Source: a virus
IMG/VR virus record: IMGVR_UViG_3300028392_000053
Location: 1 to 64,000 of that record
Strand: one strand, 5' to 3'
Length of the DNA: 64,000 nucleotides
Shown: piece by piece, positions 35,208-46,406 of the stretch
How positions within the stretch are numbered: the first letter of the stretch is position 1
Layout of the letters: each line of letters begins with the position of its first letter
Position numbers and translations under genes: made by a program
The notes under the pieces: generated by a model
What the model saw: the letters and a program-made list of their open reading frames with translations, nothing else
Database searches by the model: none
What the model was told of the DNA's origin: nothing

Positions 35208-35830
35208 TGGAACTATCATTACAACAACTAAAACAATTACTTCCTAAAAATCCTTATGTTGACCACTGGCACCATGCGCTGGCTCAACTTTTACCGGACT
35301 ATGAAATTAATACACCGCAACGTATGGCAGCTTTCATTGCACAGTGTTCACATGAGTCTGGTGGGTTTACTGCACTTCAAGAAAACTTAAACTACAAACC
35401 ACCAACACTCCGTAAGATTTTCCCCAAGTATTTCCCTGATGATACAATTGCTAATGAATATTGTTCACGTAAAAATAAACAGGAAGCTATTGCAAATCGT
35501 GTTTATGCAAGCCGTATGGGTAATGGTGATGAAGCATCAGGTGACGGATACAAATATCGTGGTCGTGGACTCATTCAATTGACCGGTAAAGACAACTATA
35601 GTTTTTTTGCTGGTTCATTACAAATATCCGTAGAAGAAGCCGCAGAATATATGGCAACGTTTGAAGGTGCCGCGCAATCCGCTTGCTGGTTCTGGGAAAC
35701 AAACAACCTAAACCAATGGGCAGATAAGGGTGATATTTTAACATTGACTAAACGAATCAATGGTGGAACAATTGGTTTGGAAGACAGAATTAAACATTAT
35801 GAACATGCACTACATGTTTTAGGAGTTTAA
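35207..35830 (+). CDS. glycoside hydrolase family 19 endolysin
   Basis: AQCSHES, YRGRGLIQLTG, TKRINGG. Confidence 0.93.
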   Translation: MELSLQQLKQLLPKNPYVDHWHHALAQLLPDYEINTPQRMAAFIAQCSHESGGFTALQENLNYKPPTLRKIFPKYFPDDTIANEYCSRKNKQEAIANRVYASRMGNGDEASGDGYKYRGRGLIQLTGKDNYSFFAGSLQISVEEAAEYMATFEGAAQSACWFWETNNLNQWADKGDILTLTKRINGGTIGLEDRIKHYEHALHVLGV

Positions 35831-35831
35831 T

Positions 35832-36131
35832 ATGAAAGATAAACAATTGCTTTTGGGTGGAATTGCTTTAATTTTACTCCCTCTTTCATTAGCATTTTTT
35901 GGTGGGGATAGATTTCGTTATCCATGTCAAGACTCGTTGAATTGGGACAAACCAATTTGTCAAAAACCAGCTTGTGACATAACTAGAACTTGTGTAGAAC
36001 ATGTGTTCAAGGGACAAAGAGATCCTAGATTAGGTCCTCCTGAGGAACCACAGAATACATTAGCAAAACAACAATTAAATGCGGCATCTGCTTGCACACC
36101 AGTACACCAAGGAGCAAATTGTGGAAAATAA
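35832..36131 (+). CDS. membrane-anchored Cys-rich protein
   Basis: TM then DRFRYPCQD. Confidence 0.65.
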   Translation: MKDKQLLLGGIALILLPLSLAFFGGDRFRYPCQDSLNWDKPICQKPACDITRTCVEHVFKGQRDPRLGPPEEPQNTLAKQQLNAASACTPVHQGANCGK

Positions 36132-36600
36132 TGACGTAATGTATACAGAAGAACAATTGATGGCCAGATTGAAATTCTTTATTGGAGTTTGCTTGGCACT
36201 AACACTAACAGGAATCGTTTTCGTTGTCCTATATTCAATCATCTTTGTTACTCAACCACTCAATGCAATTTCTCCAATTGACCAAAAATTCTTTGAGTTG
36301 ATTATTCCAATTGCCACATTTTTGACTGGTACACTATCAGGTATCATGCTTGCTGGCAATGATAAAGATTTAAGGGCTCAAGCACTTACTGCGGCTAATA
36401 AACCACCAGTAGTTTCGGGACCACCGCCAAGTTCTCTTACACCTGCTCCAGCATTTTCATCGGCACCTAGCTTTTCCACACCAATCACAAATTCTTTTGG
36501 TGTACAATCGATGAATTTTGGAAGTGTAGCAGAACCACAAGTTGTAACAGGCTTTGGAGGAAAACCTGCTCCGGCACCTGCACCTCAACCTGAACTATGA
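36121..36600 (+). CDS. two-TM membrane protein with Pro-rich tail
   Basis: Two hydrophobic helices; GTG start after AGGAG. Confidence 0.65.
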   Translation: MENNDVMYTEEQLMARLKFFIGVCLALTLTGIVFVVLYSIIFVTQPLNAISPIDQKFFELIIPIATFLTGTLSGIMLAGNDKDLRAQALTAANKPPVVSGPPPSSLTPAPAFSSAPSFSTPITNSFGVQSMNFGSVAEPQVVTGFGGKPAPAPAPQPEL

Positions 36601-36827
36601 TGAATTTTTTAACCAGTATGTTGACTGATCGAACTAATGATTCGATCAGCAGTAAAAGGGTAATAACATTTTTAGCATTTTTAATGTGTGGTGTAGCTTT
36701 TATTGCTGAGTTGTTTTGGGGTTATAAAGTTTCAGTACAAACATTTGATGCCATGATGTACATTGTCGTGGCTGGATTAGGATTTACCGCATCAGAAAAA
36801 TTTGGCAAAAAGGAATTACTAAAATGA
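36597..36827 (+). CDS. small two-TM protein (holin candidate)
   Basis: SSKR then two TMs, basic C-terminus, in lysis cluster. Confidence 0.5.
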   Translation: MMNFLTSMLTDRTNDSISSKRVITFLAFLMCGVAFIAELFWGYKVSVQTFDAMMYIVVAGLGFTASEKFGKKELLK

Positions 36828-37030
36828 AAATACTAATATTATCACTCGCATTATTGTTTGGTATAACCACATCAGGTTATGCTAGTGCTGAAAAAACTAA
36901 AGTGTGTGTCGATGTTAAAGACAAAGCGGGCAATACTGTTAAAGATGCCAAAGGCAACATAAAACAGAACTGCAAGGAAATGAAAGTGCATAAAAAACTA
37001 GAAGGAACAGAAGTTCCTGTGAAAAAATAA
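36824..37030 (+). CDS. small secreted protein
   Basis: Signal peptide, two Cys. Confidence 0.6.
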   Translation: MKILILSLALLFGITTSGYASAEKTKVCVDVKDKAGNTVKDAKGNIKQNCKEMKVHKKLEGTEVPVKK

Positions 37031-37031
37031 A

Positions 37032-37337
37032 ATGGCAACAACGACAGAGCGACTTGGTATTGTAGAGACCAAGGTGGAAAACCTCAATGAAAAAATGGAC
37101 GATCTTAAAGTGGATGTCAAAGACATCCACGACTGTCTAGATAAGACACGCGATGACTTAAAAGGTGAACTCCAAAAAATGTATGGTGCTTCTTGTGAGC
37201 AACATGCCGCCTTGGCCAAGGATATTTCCGATTTGAAAAAAATGAAAGATAAATGGACTTGGATGATTGCCGGTGGCTTAGCTGTCGGTGGTTTTGTTGC
37301 AGGACATTCAGATAAAATCCTTTCTCTGTTAAGTTAA
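37032..37337 (+). CDS. coiled-coil protein with C-terminal TM
   Basis: Heptads then hydrophobic segment. Confidence 0.65.
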   Translation: MATTTERLGIVETKVENLNEKMDDLKVDVKDIHDCLDKTRDDLKGELQKMYGASCEQHAALAKDISDLKKMKDKWTWMIAGGLAVGGFVAGHSDKILSLLS

Positions 37338-37410
37338 TTACCAAAATTGGTCTTGCACTCCAAACAAAAATGTGCTATAATGATAGAATCTTTCATCATG
37401 ATGCATCGTT

Positions 37411-38436
37411 ATGTCCGTTTTTATTGACCGAAAATATCTCAAGCTACTCTCACCGAAGTTAAACAGGTTTTCTCAAAAAAAGGAAGACCTGTTTAACTTC
37501 CGGTGCCCGTTCTGTGGCGACTCGCAGAAACACCTCCATAAAGCACGTGGCTATGTTTACCGCAAAAAGAATGACTACTTCTATAAGTGTCAGAATTGCA
37601 GTGTTGGCCATACAATGTATAACTTTATCAATTTACTTGATGCAAACATGGTTAAAGAATATGCCATGGAACGTTATACCAACGGAGAAACTGGAAATCA
37701 AAACTATCAGAAACCTGAAAAACAGGAACTAAAGTTTGAAGCACCAGTATTCAAGAAAAAACGGGTAGAAATCAATCTACCAAAAATTATTGACCTTCCG
37801 ATGGATCACTATGCGTCAAAGTATTGCATAGGACGAAAAATTCCAGAGGCTACATATAATACACTATATTATGCACATGACTTCAAAATCTTTATCGATG
37901 AGTTACTTCCAGACCACGGTAAAGATTTGAAGGAAGATGATCCTAGACTTATTATACCCTTTTACGACAATGATGGTACATTGTTGGCGGTTCAAGGTCG
38001 TTCACTCCGTGATTCAAAGATTCGTTATATTACAATTAAAATAGCAGAAGAAAGTATTAAGATTTTTGGACTCGACAGGGTGAATTTAGAAGAAAAAATT
38101 TATGTAACTGAAGGTCCGATTGATTCACTTTTTCTTCCTAATGCTGTTGCTACTGCCGATGCTAATTTAACAAATGCAGTCAATTATATACCGAGAGAGA
38201 AGTTGGTTCTAGTGTTTGATAATGAACCAAGAAACAAAGACATATGTAAGATAATGGACAAGGCAATTGAAAATCATTTTGCAATTTGCATTTGGCCGGA
38301 GATGATGCAAGAGAAAGATGTTAACGATATGATTTTATCTGGGTTTACCAGTGATGAGATTGTTGATATCATAGACAAAAACACCTTTGTGAATTTGAGG
38401 GCAAAGATGGAATTTATTCAATGGAAGAAAGTATGA
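37411..38436 (+). CDS. gp61: DNA primase (T4 gp61)
   Basis: CPFCGDS zinc ribbon, TEGPIDSLF, DNEPRN TOPRIM. Confidence 0.96.
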   Translation: MSVFIDRKYLKLLSPKLNRFSQKKEDLFNFRCPFCGDSQKHLHKARGYVYRKKNDYFYKCQNCSVGHTMYNFINLLDANMVKEYAMERYTNGETGNQNYQKPEKQELKFEAPVFKKKRVEINLPKIIDLPMDHYASKYCIGRKIPEATYNTLYYAHDFKIFIDELLPDHGKDLKEDDPRLIIPFYDNDGTLLAVQGRSLRDSKIRYITIKIAEESIKIFGLDRVNLEEKIYVTEGPIDSLFLPNAVATADANLTNAVNYIPREKLVLVFDNEPRNKDICKIMDKAIENHFAICIWPEMMQEKDVNDMILSGFTSDEIVDIIDKNTFVNLRAKMEFIQWKKV

Positions 38437-39101
38437 ACGTTAAATTAATTAATTATTCACAAAGTCTTGATGGTATGAATTTATTAGAACAGGTGGCATT
38501 TGCCGCACGTGTTTCTAATCCATCAAACCAAAACAACTCGGAGACTGCTGAGAAGTTGGTTCGTTATCTGATTAAGAACCAGCATTGGTCGCCACTGGAG
38601 ATGGTCTCCGTGTGCTTGGAGATTGAAACTACACGTGACATTGCACGACAAATTCTCCGTCACCGTTCCTTTTCATTCCAAGAATTCTCACAACGGTACG
38701 CACGTGCCGATGACCTAGGTTTTGAACTCCGTCAAGCGAGATTGCAAGACACAAAGAATCGTCAAAATTCAATTGAAATGGATATTGCCGATGATGCCCA
38801 CCGCCAGATTGCATATCAATGGGAAAATTTACAAAATGATTTACTTAAACGCACAAAGGATGTTTACACGTGGGCTTTAAATAAAGGTATAGCGAAAGAG
38901 CAAGCACGTGCCATATTACCAGAAGGTAACACAAAATCACGCATGTACATGAACGGAACCCTCCGTTCTTGGGTACACTATATACAGCTCCGATCCGGTA
39001 ACGGAACACAAAAAGAACACCGTGATGTTGCACTAGCATGTGCAGATGCGATTCAACCAATTTTTCCAATGATTGAGGAGTATATTGATGGACAGTCATA
39101 A
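38433..39101 (+). CDS. thyX: flavin-dependent thymidylate synthase
   Basis: RQILRHRSFSFQEFSQRY signature. Confidence 0.97.
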   Translation: MNVKLINYSQSLDGMNLLEQVAFAARVSNPSNQNNSETAEKLVRYLIKNQHWSPLEMVSVCLEIETTRDIARQILRHRSFSFQEFSQRYARADDLGFELRQARLQDTKNRQNSIEMDIADDAHRQIAYQWENLQNDLLKRTKDVYTWALNKGIAKEQARAILPEGNTKSRMYMNGTLRSWVHYIQLRSGNGTQKEHRDVALACADAIQPIFPMIEEYIDGQS

Positions 39102-39450
39102 TGATGTTAAGACCTTTATGGATGCTTGTGACCAAAAGGAAACGGGATTCAATAAACAAGCAGACCTATATTTTAGGTTAATACGTGAAGAATTTGATGA
39201 ATTGGTCAAAGCGTATTTTGAAAAAGATATGGTTGAAATTGCCGATGGCTGTGCAGATTTAAAATGGGTGATTGAGGGATTAGAACATACGTTGCAACTT
39301 CCACAACAAGAAATTTGGAATGAAATTGCAAGAAGTAATTTAGCCAAGATTGACCAAGAAACCGGAAAAGTCTTAAAAAGAAATGATGGAAAAGTATTGA
39401 AGCCGGAAGGCTGGACACCACCCAACATTAAAGCAATTATAAAAAGGTAA
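39088..39450 (+). CDS. MazG-like NTP pyrophosphohydrolase
   Basis: EEFDEL, EIADGCAD, SNLAK, DGKVLKP. Confidence 0.85.
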   Translation: MDSHNDVKTFMDACDQKETGFNKQADLYFRLIREEFDELVKAYFEKDMVEIADGCADLKWVIEGLEHTLQLPQQEIWNEIARSNLAKIDQETGKVLKRNDGKVLKPEGWTPPNIKAIIKR

Positions 39451-39454
39451 GAAT

Positions 39455-41265
39455 ATGGAATATATGGGTATCAAAATAGATTTGGAAAAAGATAAGCTAT
39501 TTGATGAATTGGGTATAAAGCGATTGAAAGAATCATACATGCGTGATGATGAAACTTCACCACAGCAGAGGTTTGCATATGTATCATCATCTTTCGGTTC
39601 CAATACAGAGCATTCTCAACGTTTGTATGATTATGCCTCTAAACATTGGTTGAGTTATAGCACTCCAATCCTTTCTTACGGCCGGTCTAAGCGTGGGTTA
39701 CCCATCTCATGCTTTCTTAACTACATTGAAGATACTGCGGAGGGTCTAGTTGATAATCTTTCTGAAACTAATTGGCTGTCTATGTTTGGCGGTGGTGTTG
39801 GTATCGGTTTTGGCATACGTTCGGCGGATGATAAATCTACTGGCGTTATGCCTCACCTCAAAATTTACGATGCCTCTAGTCTTGCGTATCGTCAAGGACG
39901 CACTCGCCGTGGCTCTTATGCTGCCTACCTTGATATTAGTCATCCTGATCTTATTCCGTTCTTAGAAATGCGTAAGCCAACGGGTGATCCAAATGTACGC
40001 TGTTTGAATCTACATCACGGTATCAACATCACCGATGACTTCATGCAAATCATTGAAAAGTGTATGGTTGATCCTACCGCAAATGATGATTGGAAACTTG
40101 TTGACCCACATTCGGGTGAAGTTCGTGAAGTTGTATCAGCTAAACACCTCTGGCAACAAATTCTTGAACTACGTATGCACACAGGTGAGCCATACATTCA
40201 CTATATCGACACATCGAATCGTGCATTGCCACAGTGGTTAAAAAATAAAGGTCTGAAAGTACATCAATCAAACCTTTGCTCAGAAATCATTCTTCCCACA
40301 AATGAAGAACGCACTGCCGTTTGTTGTTTATCTTCCGTAAATTTGGAGTATTATGATGATTGGAAAAATGAGTCACTTTTTCTTCGGGACATTGCGGAGA
40401 TGCTTGATAACGTCCTACAGTATTTCATTGATAATGCTCCTGATAGCATATCACGCGCAAGATATTCTGCTTCTCTGGAACGCTCTATTGGTGTTGGTGC
40501 CCTCGGCTTTCATGCATTACTTCAAAAGAACAATGTTGCATTCGAAGGAGTGATGGCAAAAGTTTTAAATAACCAAATTTTTAAGCATATCAGGAGTAAA
40601 TTGAATGAAGCGAATCTTCAACTCGGCACTGAACGTGGTGAAGCACCCGATGCCGTGGGCACTGGCAAGCGTTTTAGTCATCTTATGGCTATTGCTCCAA
40701 ATGCTTCTTCGTCTATCATCATGGGAAATACTAGCCCTTCTATCGAGCCTTATCGTGCTAATGCATACCGTCAGGACACTCTATCTGGCTCATTTCTGAA
40801 TAAGAACCGTTGGCTTGATAAAGTTATTACAAAACATTTAGAACTTGATGGTGGCACCTGGACACCAAAAGGTGAAGAACTGTATCAACAAGTTTGGTCT
40901 TCCATTATTGCCAATGATGGTTCTGTACAACATCTTGATTGGATGGACGAAAATACAAAAGAAGTATTAAGACTTCTATGGAAATCGATCAACGTTGGGT
41001 AATTGAACATGCCGCAGACCGTCAAGTTTATATTGACCAAGCACAATCACTGAATGTTTTCTTCCGACCAGATTCTCACATCAAATATATACATGCTATT
41101 CACTTCTTAGCATGGAAAAAAGGAGTCAAAACTATGTACTACCTACGTTCCGAAAAATTAGCAAAAGCCGATAAGGTGTCTAGACGTATTGAACGTGATG
41201 TAATTAAAGAACTTGATATGACTGCACTTGCAGAAGGTAATGATTGTATTGCTTGTGAAGGATGA
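39455..41265 (+). CDS. nrdA: class I ribonucleotide reductase alpha subunit, split by a 1-nt frameshift near 40967
   Basis: SNLCSE, AIAPNASSS; continuation KTSMEIDQ..YIDQAQS..YYLRS..CIACEG in another frame. Confidence 0.93.
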
Positions 41266-41502
41266 AATGTGATGAGTTATATTGTTATTGGATTTTTATC
41301 GGCATTTGGTTGGTGGGGTGCTAATAAATTTGTCATTGAGCCCCACTTGGATCCTTATTTTAATAAAACAGAAATGAAAGAAAATGATGGAAAAGAAAAC
41401 CTCATGGCTAGACAATTATGAAAGAATAATTGATAATATTACAAGAATTTTGTGGATCATTCTTCTTGTAATGTGGATTAACTCTGGATATTCTGTTTTT
41501 AA

Positions 41503-42165
41503 ATGAAAACTATAGCATTATTCCAAGACGATAGATGTAAAGAATCATTATCTTGTGGTGATGGTGTGATTGAAGCATTATCTTCACATTATAATATTAA
41601 AATATTTAAGAAAGAAGAATGTACATCAAAAACCTTTGGGAATGTTGATATGCTGGCATTTCCTGGAGGAATTGGTAGCGCAGATGATTATTTTCATATG
41701 TTTCCAAGAAGAAATGCAAATGCAGTAGCAAAGTTTGTTGAAAGTGGTGGTGCATATCTTGGCATATGTGTGGGTGCTTATTGGGCTGGTCCAAATTATT
41801 TTGATATACTAAAGGGTGCTGAACCTGTACAATATATCAAAAGGCCAACCGCCGACATTATGAGAAGTTTTAACATTGCGGCTCATTGTATGTGGGAAGG
41901 AGAAGAAGAACAAATATTCTTCCGTGATGGTTGTACTTTTGTAGGAGACCTTAGTCATTCAGAAATAGTAAGCACATATTTTAATAAAGAACCAATGTGT
42001 ATTGTTCAAGGTAAGATTGGTGTAATGGGTGCATGTTTAGATTCATTAGAGTGGTGGTATGATAACAAAACTCTAAAACAATACTGGCATGAGGGTAGGC
42101 ACCACAAATTGTTATTGGAATTTGTTAATAAATTGATGAAAAATACAAATACATTTAACATTTAA
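41503..42165 (+). CDS. BPL_N / class I glutamine amidotransferase-like protein
   Basis: FPGG, GGAYLGICVGAY. Confidence 0.8.
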   Translation: MKTIALFQDDRCKESLSCGDGVIEALSSHYNIKIFKKEECTSKTFGNVDMLAFPGGIGSADDYFHMFPRRNANAVAKFVESGGAYLGICVGAYWAGPNYFDILKGAEPVQYIKRPTADIMRSFNIAAHCMWEGEEEQIFFRDGCTFVGDLSHSEIVSTYFNKEPMCIVQGKIGVMGACLDSLEWWYDNKTLKQYWHEGRHHKLLLEFVNKLMKNTNTFNI

Positions 42166-42172
42166 GGAAAAA

Positions 42173-42970
42173 ATGAAATATAAAAGCATATTCATTAGTG
42201 ATGTGCATTTGGGTACAAAGGATTGTAAAGCAGAGTTATTAAACAATTTTTTGAAACACAATAAATGTGAAACGCTATATCTTGTGGGAGATATATTGGA
42301 CGCATGGAAAATTCAACAAAATAACTGGCGCTGGAAACAAAGTCATACGAATGTTGTTAGGAGAATATTGGGACATGCCAAACGTGGAACAAGAGTGATT
42401 TATGTGGCAGGAAATCATGATGAATTCCTTAGAACATTAATACCTTATAATATAAGTTTTGGTAATGTGGAAATTGTAAATCAAAGCGAACATATTGGTG
42501 TAGATGGTAAGCATTATTTGGTCACGCATGGTGATTTGTTTGATGGTATTACTAGACTGGCACCTTGGTTAGCATTTTTAGGAGACAAAGCATATGATAT
42601 CATTTTATCGATCAATAGTAAATATAATTGGATACGCCATCGTTTTGGTTTTGGGTACTTTAGTCTTAGTCAGTATCTTAAAGCAAGAGTAAAGAAAGCT
42701 GTAGATTTTATTTTTCAATTTGAAAAAAACCTGGCAGGATATTGTAAAAAACGTGGATATGATGGAGTAATTTGTGGCCATATACATCACGCCGAAATTA
42801 AATATATAGATGATATTGTGTATATGAATGACGGTGACTGGGTTGAATCGTGTACAGCACTTGTAGAACATAATGATGGTCGTTGGGAAATAGTAACTTG
42901 GACACAGGAGAAAACTAATGAAAGTACAGAAAATACTAATGAAGATGTATCAAGCGTGTTTCAACCATAA
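42173..42970 (+). CDS. LpxH-like metallophosphoesterase
   Basis: SDVHLG, GD, GNHD, HGD, GHIH, GDWVE. Confidence 0.9.
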   Translation: MKYKSIFISDVHLGTKDCKAELLNNFLKHNKCETLYLVGDILDAWKIQQNNWRWKQSHTNVVRRILGHAKRGTRVIYVAGNHDEFLRTLIPYNISFGNVEIVNQSEHIGVDGKHYLVTHGDLFDGITRLAPWLAFLGDKAYDIILSINSKYNWIRHRFGFGYFSLSQYLKARVKKAVDFIFQFEKNLAGYCKKRGYDGVICGHIHHAEIKYIDDIVYMNDGDWVESCTALVEHNDGRWEIVTWTQEKTNESTENTNEDVSSVFQP

Positions 42971-43035
42971 TAAAGTTGAAGAAAAAAGATTGTGGTTGAA
43001 AGCATTAAAAAAATCATTGAAGCACAAAAATACAT

Positions 43036-43746
43036 ATGCCATTAGGTAATAAAATTACAATTGTTATTCCATGTAAGAATGAGGAAAATTACATCTCATA
43101 CCTGCTGGAAAATTTAAAAGAACAAAACATCGACAATACAAAAATAATTATTGCTGATTGTTCTACTGATAACACCAGGAAAATCATCGAAGAAAACAAA
43201 GGTGAATTGAATGTTGAAATTATTGAAGGCGGTACAGTTTCTATTGCTAAAAATAACGGTTCTAAATTAGTAACAACACCTTATATACTATTCATTGATA
43301 GTGATGTTAGATTTTTTTCAGATGCAGTTATAAATGATTGTGTACAAGAAATGGAAAATAAACAGTTGGATTTAATTGGTTTAAAAATAAAATGTTACGA
43401 TAAAAACAAACGGACTCAAATTGGTTTCATATTATTTAATATGATTAATAATATTATGAAATATAAAGTTCCCTTTGCAGTCGGCGCTTTCATGTTGACT
43501 AGAACAGATAAATTTAATGAGTTTGGTGGCTTTTCTGAAAAATATCAAACAAGTGAGGACTTCTTTTTATCTAAGAAATACGATATTAAAAAGTTTAAAT
43601 TAATGCATCATTATTTTGGACAAGATAGCAGGAGATTTGAGATAATGGGATATACAGGAATGGCTTGGTATCTGATTAAGAATTTTTGGAACAGAAATAA
43701 TAAAGAATATTGGAATAACTTAGACTACTCCAAATATTGGAAATAA
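43036..43746 (+). CDS. glycosyltransferase family 2
   Basis: IVIPCKNEE, STDNT, FIDSD. Confidence 0.9.
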   Translation: MPLGNKITIVIPCKNEENYISYLLENLKEQNIDNTKIIIADCSTDNTRKIIEENKGELNVEIIEGGTVSIAKNNGSKLVTTPYILFIDSDVRFFSDAVINDCVQEMENKQLDLIGLKIKCYDKNKRTQIGFILFNMINNIMKYKVPFAVGAFMLTRTDKFNEFGGFSEKYQTSEDFFLSKKYDIKKFKLMHHYFGQDSRRFEIMGYTGMAWYLIKNFWNRNNKEYWNNLDYSKYWK

Positions 43747-43761
43747 CTTAAGGAAAAAAGA

Positions 43762-44199
43762 ATGAAAATAATAATAGCAATAATCCTAGCACTTTGTATT
43801 TCACCAGCATTTGCTCAAAAGGAAAAAAGTGGTGTAACTTATGATGTGGTATTGACAAGAGTTATAGATGGTGATACAATAGCATTCCAAGCCAATTGGT
43901 TACCTGATCCGTTGAAGAAGGAACTAAGTCTCCGTGTCTTTGGTGTTGATACACCAGAAAAAGGATTCCGTGCAAAGTGTCCAAGTGAAGATGCCCGTGG
44001 CCAAGCGGCCTCAGCTTTCACTAAAGCACAAATTAGTGCATCACAAAAACGACAGATTATTTTGATGGATTGGGATAAGTATGGCGGCCGAGTATTAGGT
44101 GACTTGATACTTGATGGTAAGAGTTTAAGGCAAATGTTAATAGCAAATGGTTACGCACGTGAATATTACGGCGAAGCCAAAACCCCATGGTGCGAATGA
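43762..44199 (+). CDS. thermonuclease (SNase) family protein with signal peptide
   Basis: RVIDGDT, GVDTPE, DKYGGRVL. Confidence 0.9.
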   Translation: MKIIIAIILALCISPAFAQKEKSGVTYDVVLTRVIDGDTIAFQANWLPDPLKKELSLRVFGVDTPEKGFRAKCPSEDARGQAASAFTKAQISASQKRQIILMDWDKYGGRVLGDLILDGKSLRQMLIANGYAREYYGEAKTPWCE

Positions 44200-44200
44200 T

Positions 44201-44446
44201 ATGAAAAGAATTTTAAGATTTACGGCATCTTGGTGCCAACCTTGCAAATCAATGGCAATGATACTGGAAGAATGTAATACAAATCTTCCTATTGAAGTTA
44301 TTGATATTGACATCCATACAGAATTGGCAGTGGAATATGGAATTCGCTCGGTTCCGACATTGGTCATCCTCGATGGAAATGTTGAAGTTAAACGAATGAC
44401 TGGTTTGGTAACAAAAGAAAATTTGAAGAATTGGATTGAAGCATGA
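44201..44446 (+). CDS. trxA: thioredoxin
   Basis: WCQPC, IRSVPT. Confidence 0.9.
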   Translation: MKRILRFTASWCQPCKSMAMILEECNTNLPIEVIDIDIHTELAVEYGIRSVPTLVILDGNVEVKRMTGLVTKENLKNWIEA

Positions 44447-45426
44447 TTAAGAAAATTGCTTCCAGACTAACTGATGAAAGAAACAGTTTTAAACCTTTTA
44501 ATTATCCTTGGGCATATGATGCGTGGCTTAAGCATGAACAGTCTCATTGGCTTCATACAGAAGTTCCAATGTCGGAAGATGTAAAAGATTGGAAGAAAAA
44601 ATTATCCGATGAAGAAAAACAATTCCTTACAAATATCTTCCGCTTTTTTACTCAAGGTGATATTGACGTTGCTGGTGGTTATGTCAAAAACTATCTTCCT
44701 TATTTTCCACAACCTGAAGTGCGTATGATGTTATTGGGTTTTGCGGCACGTGAAGCACTTCATATTGCCGCATACTCACACTTGATTGAAACATTGGGTT
44801 TACCCGAAACAACATACAATCAATTCTTGGATTATCAAGAAATGAAAGATAAGCATGATTATGTAATGGACATTTCCGATAAAAATGGAACAAAAGAAAA
44901 TACTGCACGCCATATTGCCGTGTTCAGTGCATTTACTGAAGGTATGCAGTTATTTTCATCTTTTGTAATGTTGTTGAATTTCCCACGTACCGGTAAAATG
45001 AAAGGTATGGGTCAAATTGTTACTTGGTCTATTGTTGATGAGACAATGCATGCCGAGAATATGATGAAATTATTTAAAACATACATAAGCGAGAATCAAG
45101 AAATATGGAACGATGAACTAAAATCATCCATCTATACCATTGCTGAACGCATGGTTGAACTAGAAGATAAATTTATCGATTTGTCATTTGGTATCAATGA
45201 GATGGAAGGTCTAACAAAAGATGAATTGAAAAAATACATCCGTTATATCGCCGACCGTAGATTGATTGGTTTAGGTATGAAGGGTATCTTTAAAGTTAAA
45301 CGCAATCCACTACCATGGGTTGAGGAAATGATTAATGCACCCACTCATACCAACTTTTTTGAAAATCGTGCAACAGACTATGCCAAAGGTGCCACATCAG
45401 GAAACTGGGGTGACGTTTGGGCATGA
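44443..45426 (+). CDS. nrdB: ribonucleotide reductase beta subunit
   Basis: EALHIAAY, EG.QLFSSF, DETMH, NFFENR. Confidence 0.96.
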   Translation: MIKKIASRLTDERNSFKPFNYPWAYDAWLKHEQSHWLHTEVPMSEDVKDWKKKLSDEEKQFLTNIFRFFTQGDIDVAGGYVKNYLPYFPQPEVRMMLLGFAAREALHIAAYSHLIETLGLPETTYNQFLDYQEMKDKHDYVMDISDKNGTKENTARHIAVFSAFTEGMQLFSSFVMLLNFPRTGKMKGMGQIVTWSIVDETMHAENMMKLFKTYISENQEIWNDELKSSIYTIAERMVELEDKFIDLSFGINEMEGLTKDELKKYIRYIADRRLIGLGMKGIFKVKRNPLPWVEEMINAPTHTNFFENRATDYAKGATSGNWGDVWA

Positions 45427-45443
45427 AATAATAAGGATTAAAA

Positions 45444-45632
45444 ATGTCTGAAAAAATTACAACAGCCGAATGTGATAACTGTGAATCAATGTGTGAAATT
45501 GCGTTTGATGAAGATTATGTGTCTGATGAATCTCCCACCTTTTGCCCATTCTGTGGTGAAAGAATTGAAGTCCTAAAAGAAGAATATATAGAGGATGATG
45601 ACTTCAATGAGAACGAGGAATGGGACAAATAA
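45444..45632 (+). CDS. small zinc-ribbon acidic protein
   Basis: CDNC...CPFCG. Confidence 0.7.
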   Translation: MSEKITTAECDNCESMCEIAFDEDYVSDESPTFCPFCGERIEVLKEEYIEDDDFNENEEWDK

Positions 45633-46060
45633 ATTGGCAATATGACAATAAAGATTTTACAGAAAATGATATAGGTGATAATTATGGATTCGTCTATGTT
45701 ATCACCCATTTAAATACAGATAGAATGTATATTGGTAAAAAGTTTTTTTACTCTATGAAAACGAAAGTTCTCAAAGGTAAAAAGAAAAGGTATAAAATAT
45801 CATCAGACTGGCAAACTTATTACGGATCTAGTGCCGAGTTGCAAAATGATGTTATAATACATGGAAAAGAAAACTTCAAAAGAGAAATCTTACACCTATG
45901 TAAATCAAAAGGTGAATGTGGTTATCTAGAAGCTAAAGAGCAGTTTGATCGTAGTGTATTGGAGTCTAATAATTACTACAATGCATGGATTATGGTTAAA
46001 GTGAGAAAGTCACACATTAAGGCATTCAATGAGAGAATTCTTACAACAATTAAAGAATAA
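45620..46060 (+). CDS. GIY-YIG-like endonuclease
   Basis: GFVY...YIGKK, YYGSS, YYN. Confidence 0.75.
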   Translation: MGQINWQYDNKDFTENDIGDNYGFVYVITHLNTDRMYIGKKFFYSMKTKVLKGKKKRYKISSDWQTYYGSSAELQNDVIIHGKENFKREILHLCKSKGECGYLEAKEQFDRSVLESNNYYNAWIMVKVRKSHIKAFNERILTTIKE

Positions 46061-46406
46061 TGATTTTGATGGAATTAATTTCTATCGAAATGATGATGGA
46101 GATTTGGAATTCTCGCAATTTCAGTTTAAAGATCCGGGTGAAAAAATTGGTGGAACTGAATTGGGTGATTACTTTGATATTATCATTGTACAAGAAGATC
46201 CACCAAAAATGCCAGAACGCTTTCAAGCAATATTGATTTCACCAATAGATTATGTTGATAGAATGTCCGAAGATGGTTTTTATGGTGTCGTTACAAAATT
46301 CACCACAACATCAAAAGAAATTATGGATGATATTATGGTTAATATGGAAGATGAGAGTTTTGAATATATTAAAGATTATGAAAAGGAAATGAAAAATGTT
46401 CGATAA
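46029..46406 (+). CDS. hypothetical acidic protein
   Basis: In operon, overlapping neighbours. Confidence 0.65.
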   Translation: MREFLQQLKNNDFDGINFYRNDDGDLEFSQFQFKDPGEKIGGTELGDYFDIIIVQEDPPKMPERFQAILISPIDYVDRMSEDGFYGVVTKFTTTSKEIMDDIMVNMEDESFEYIKDYEKEMKNVR

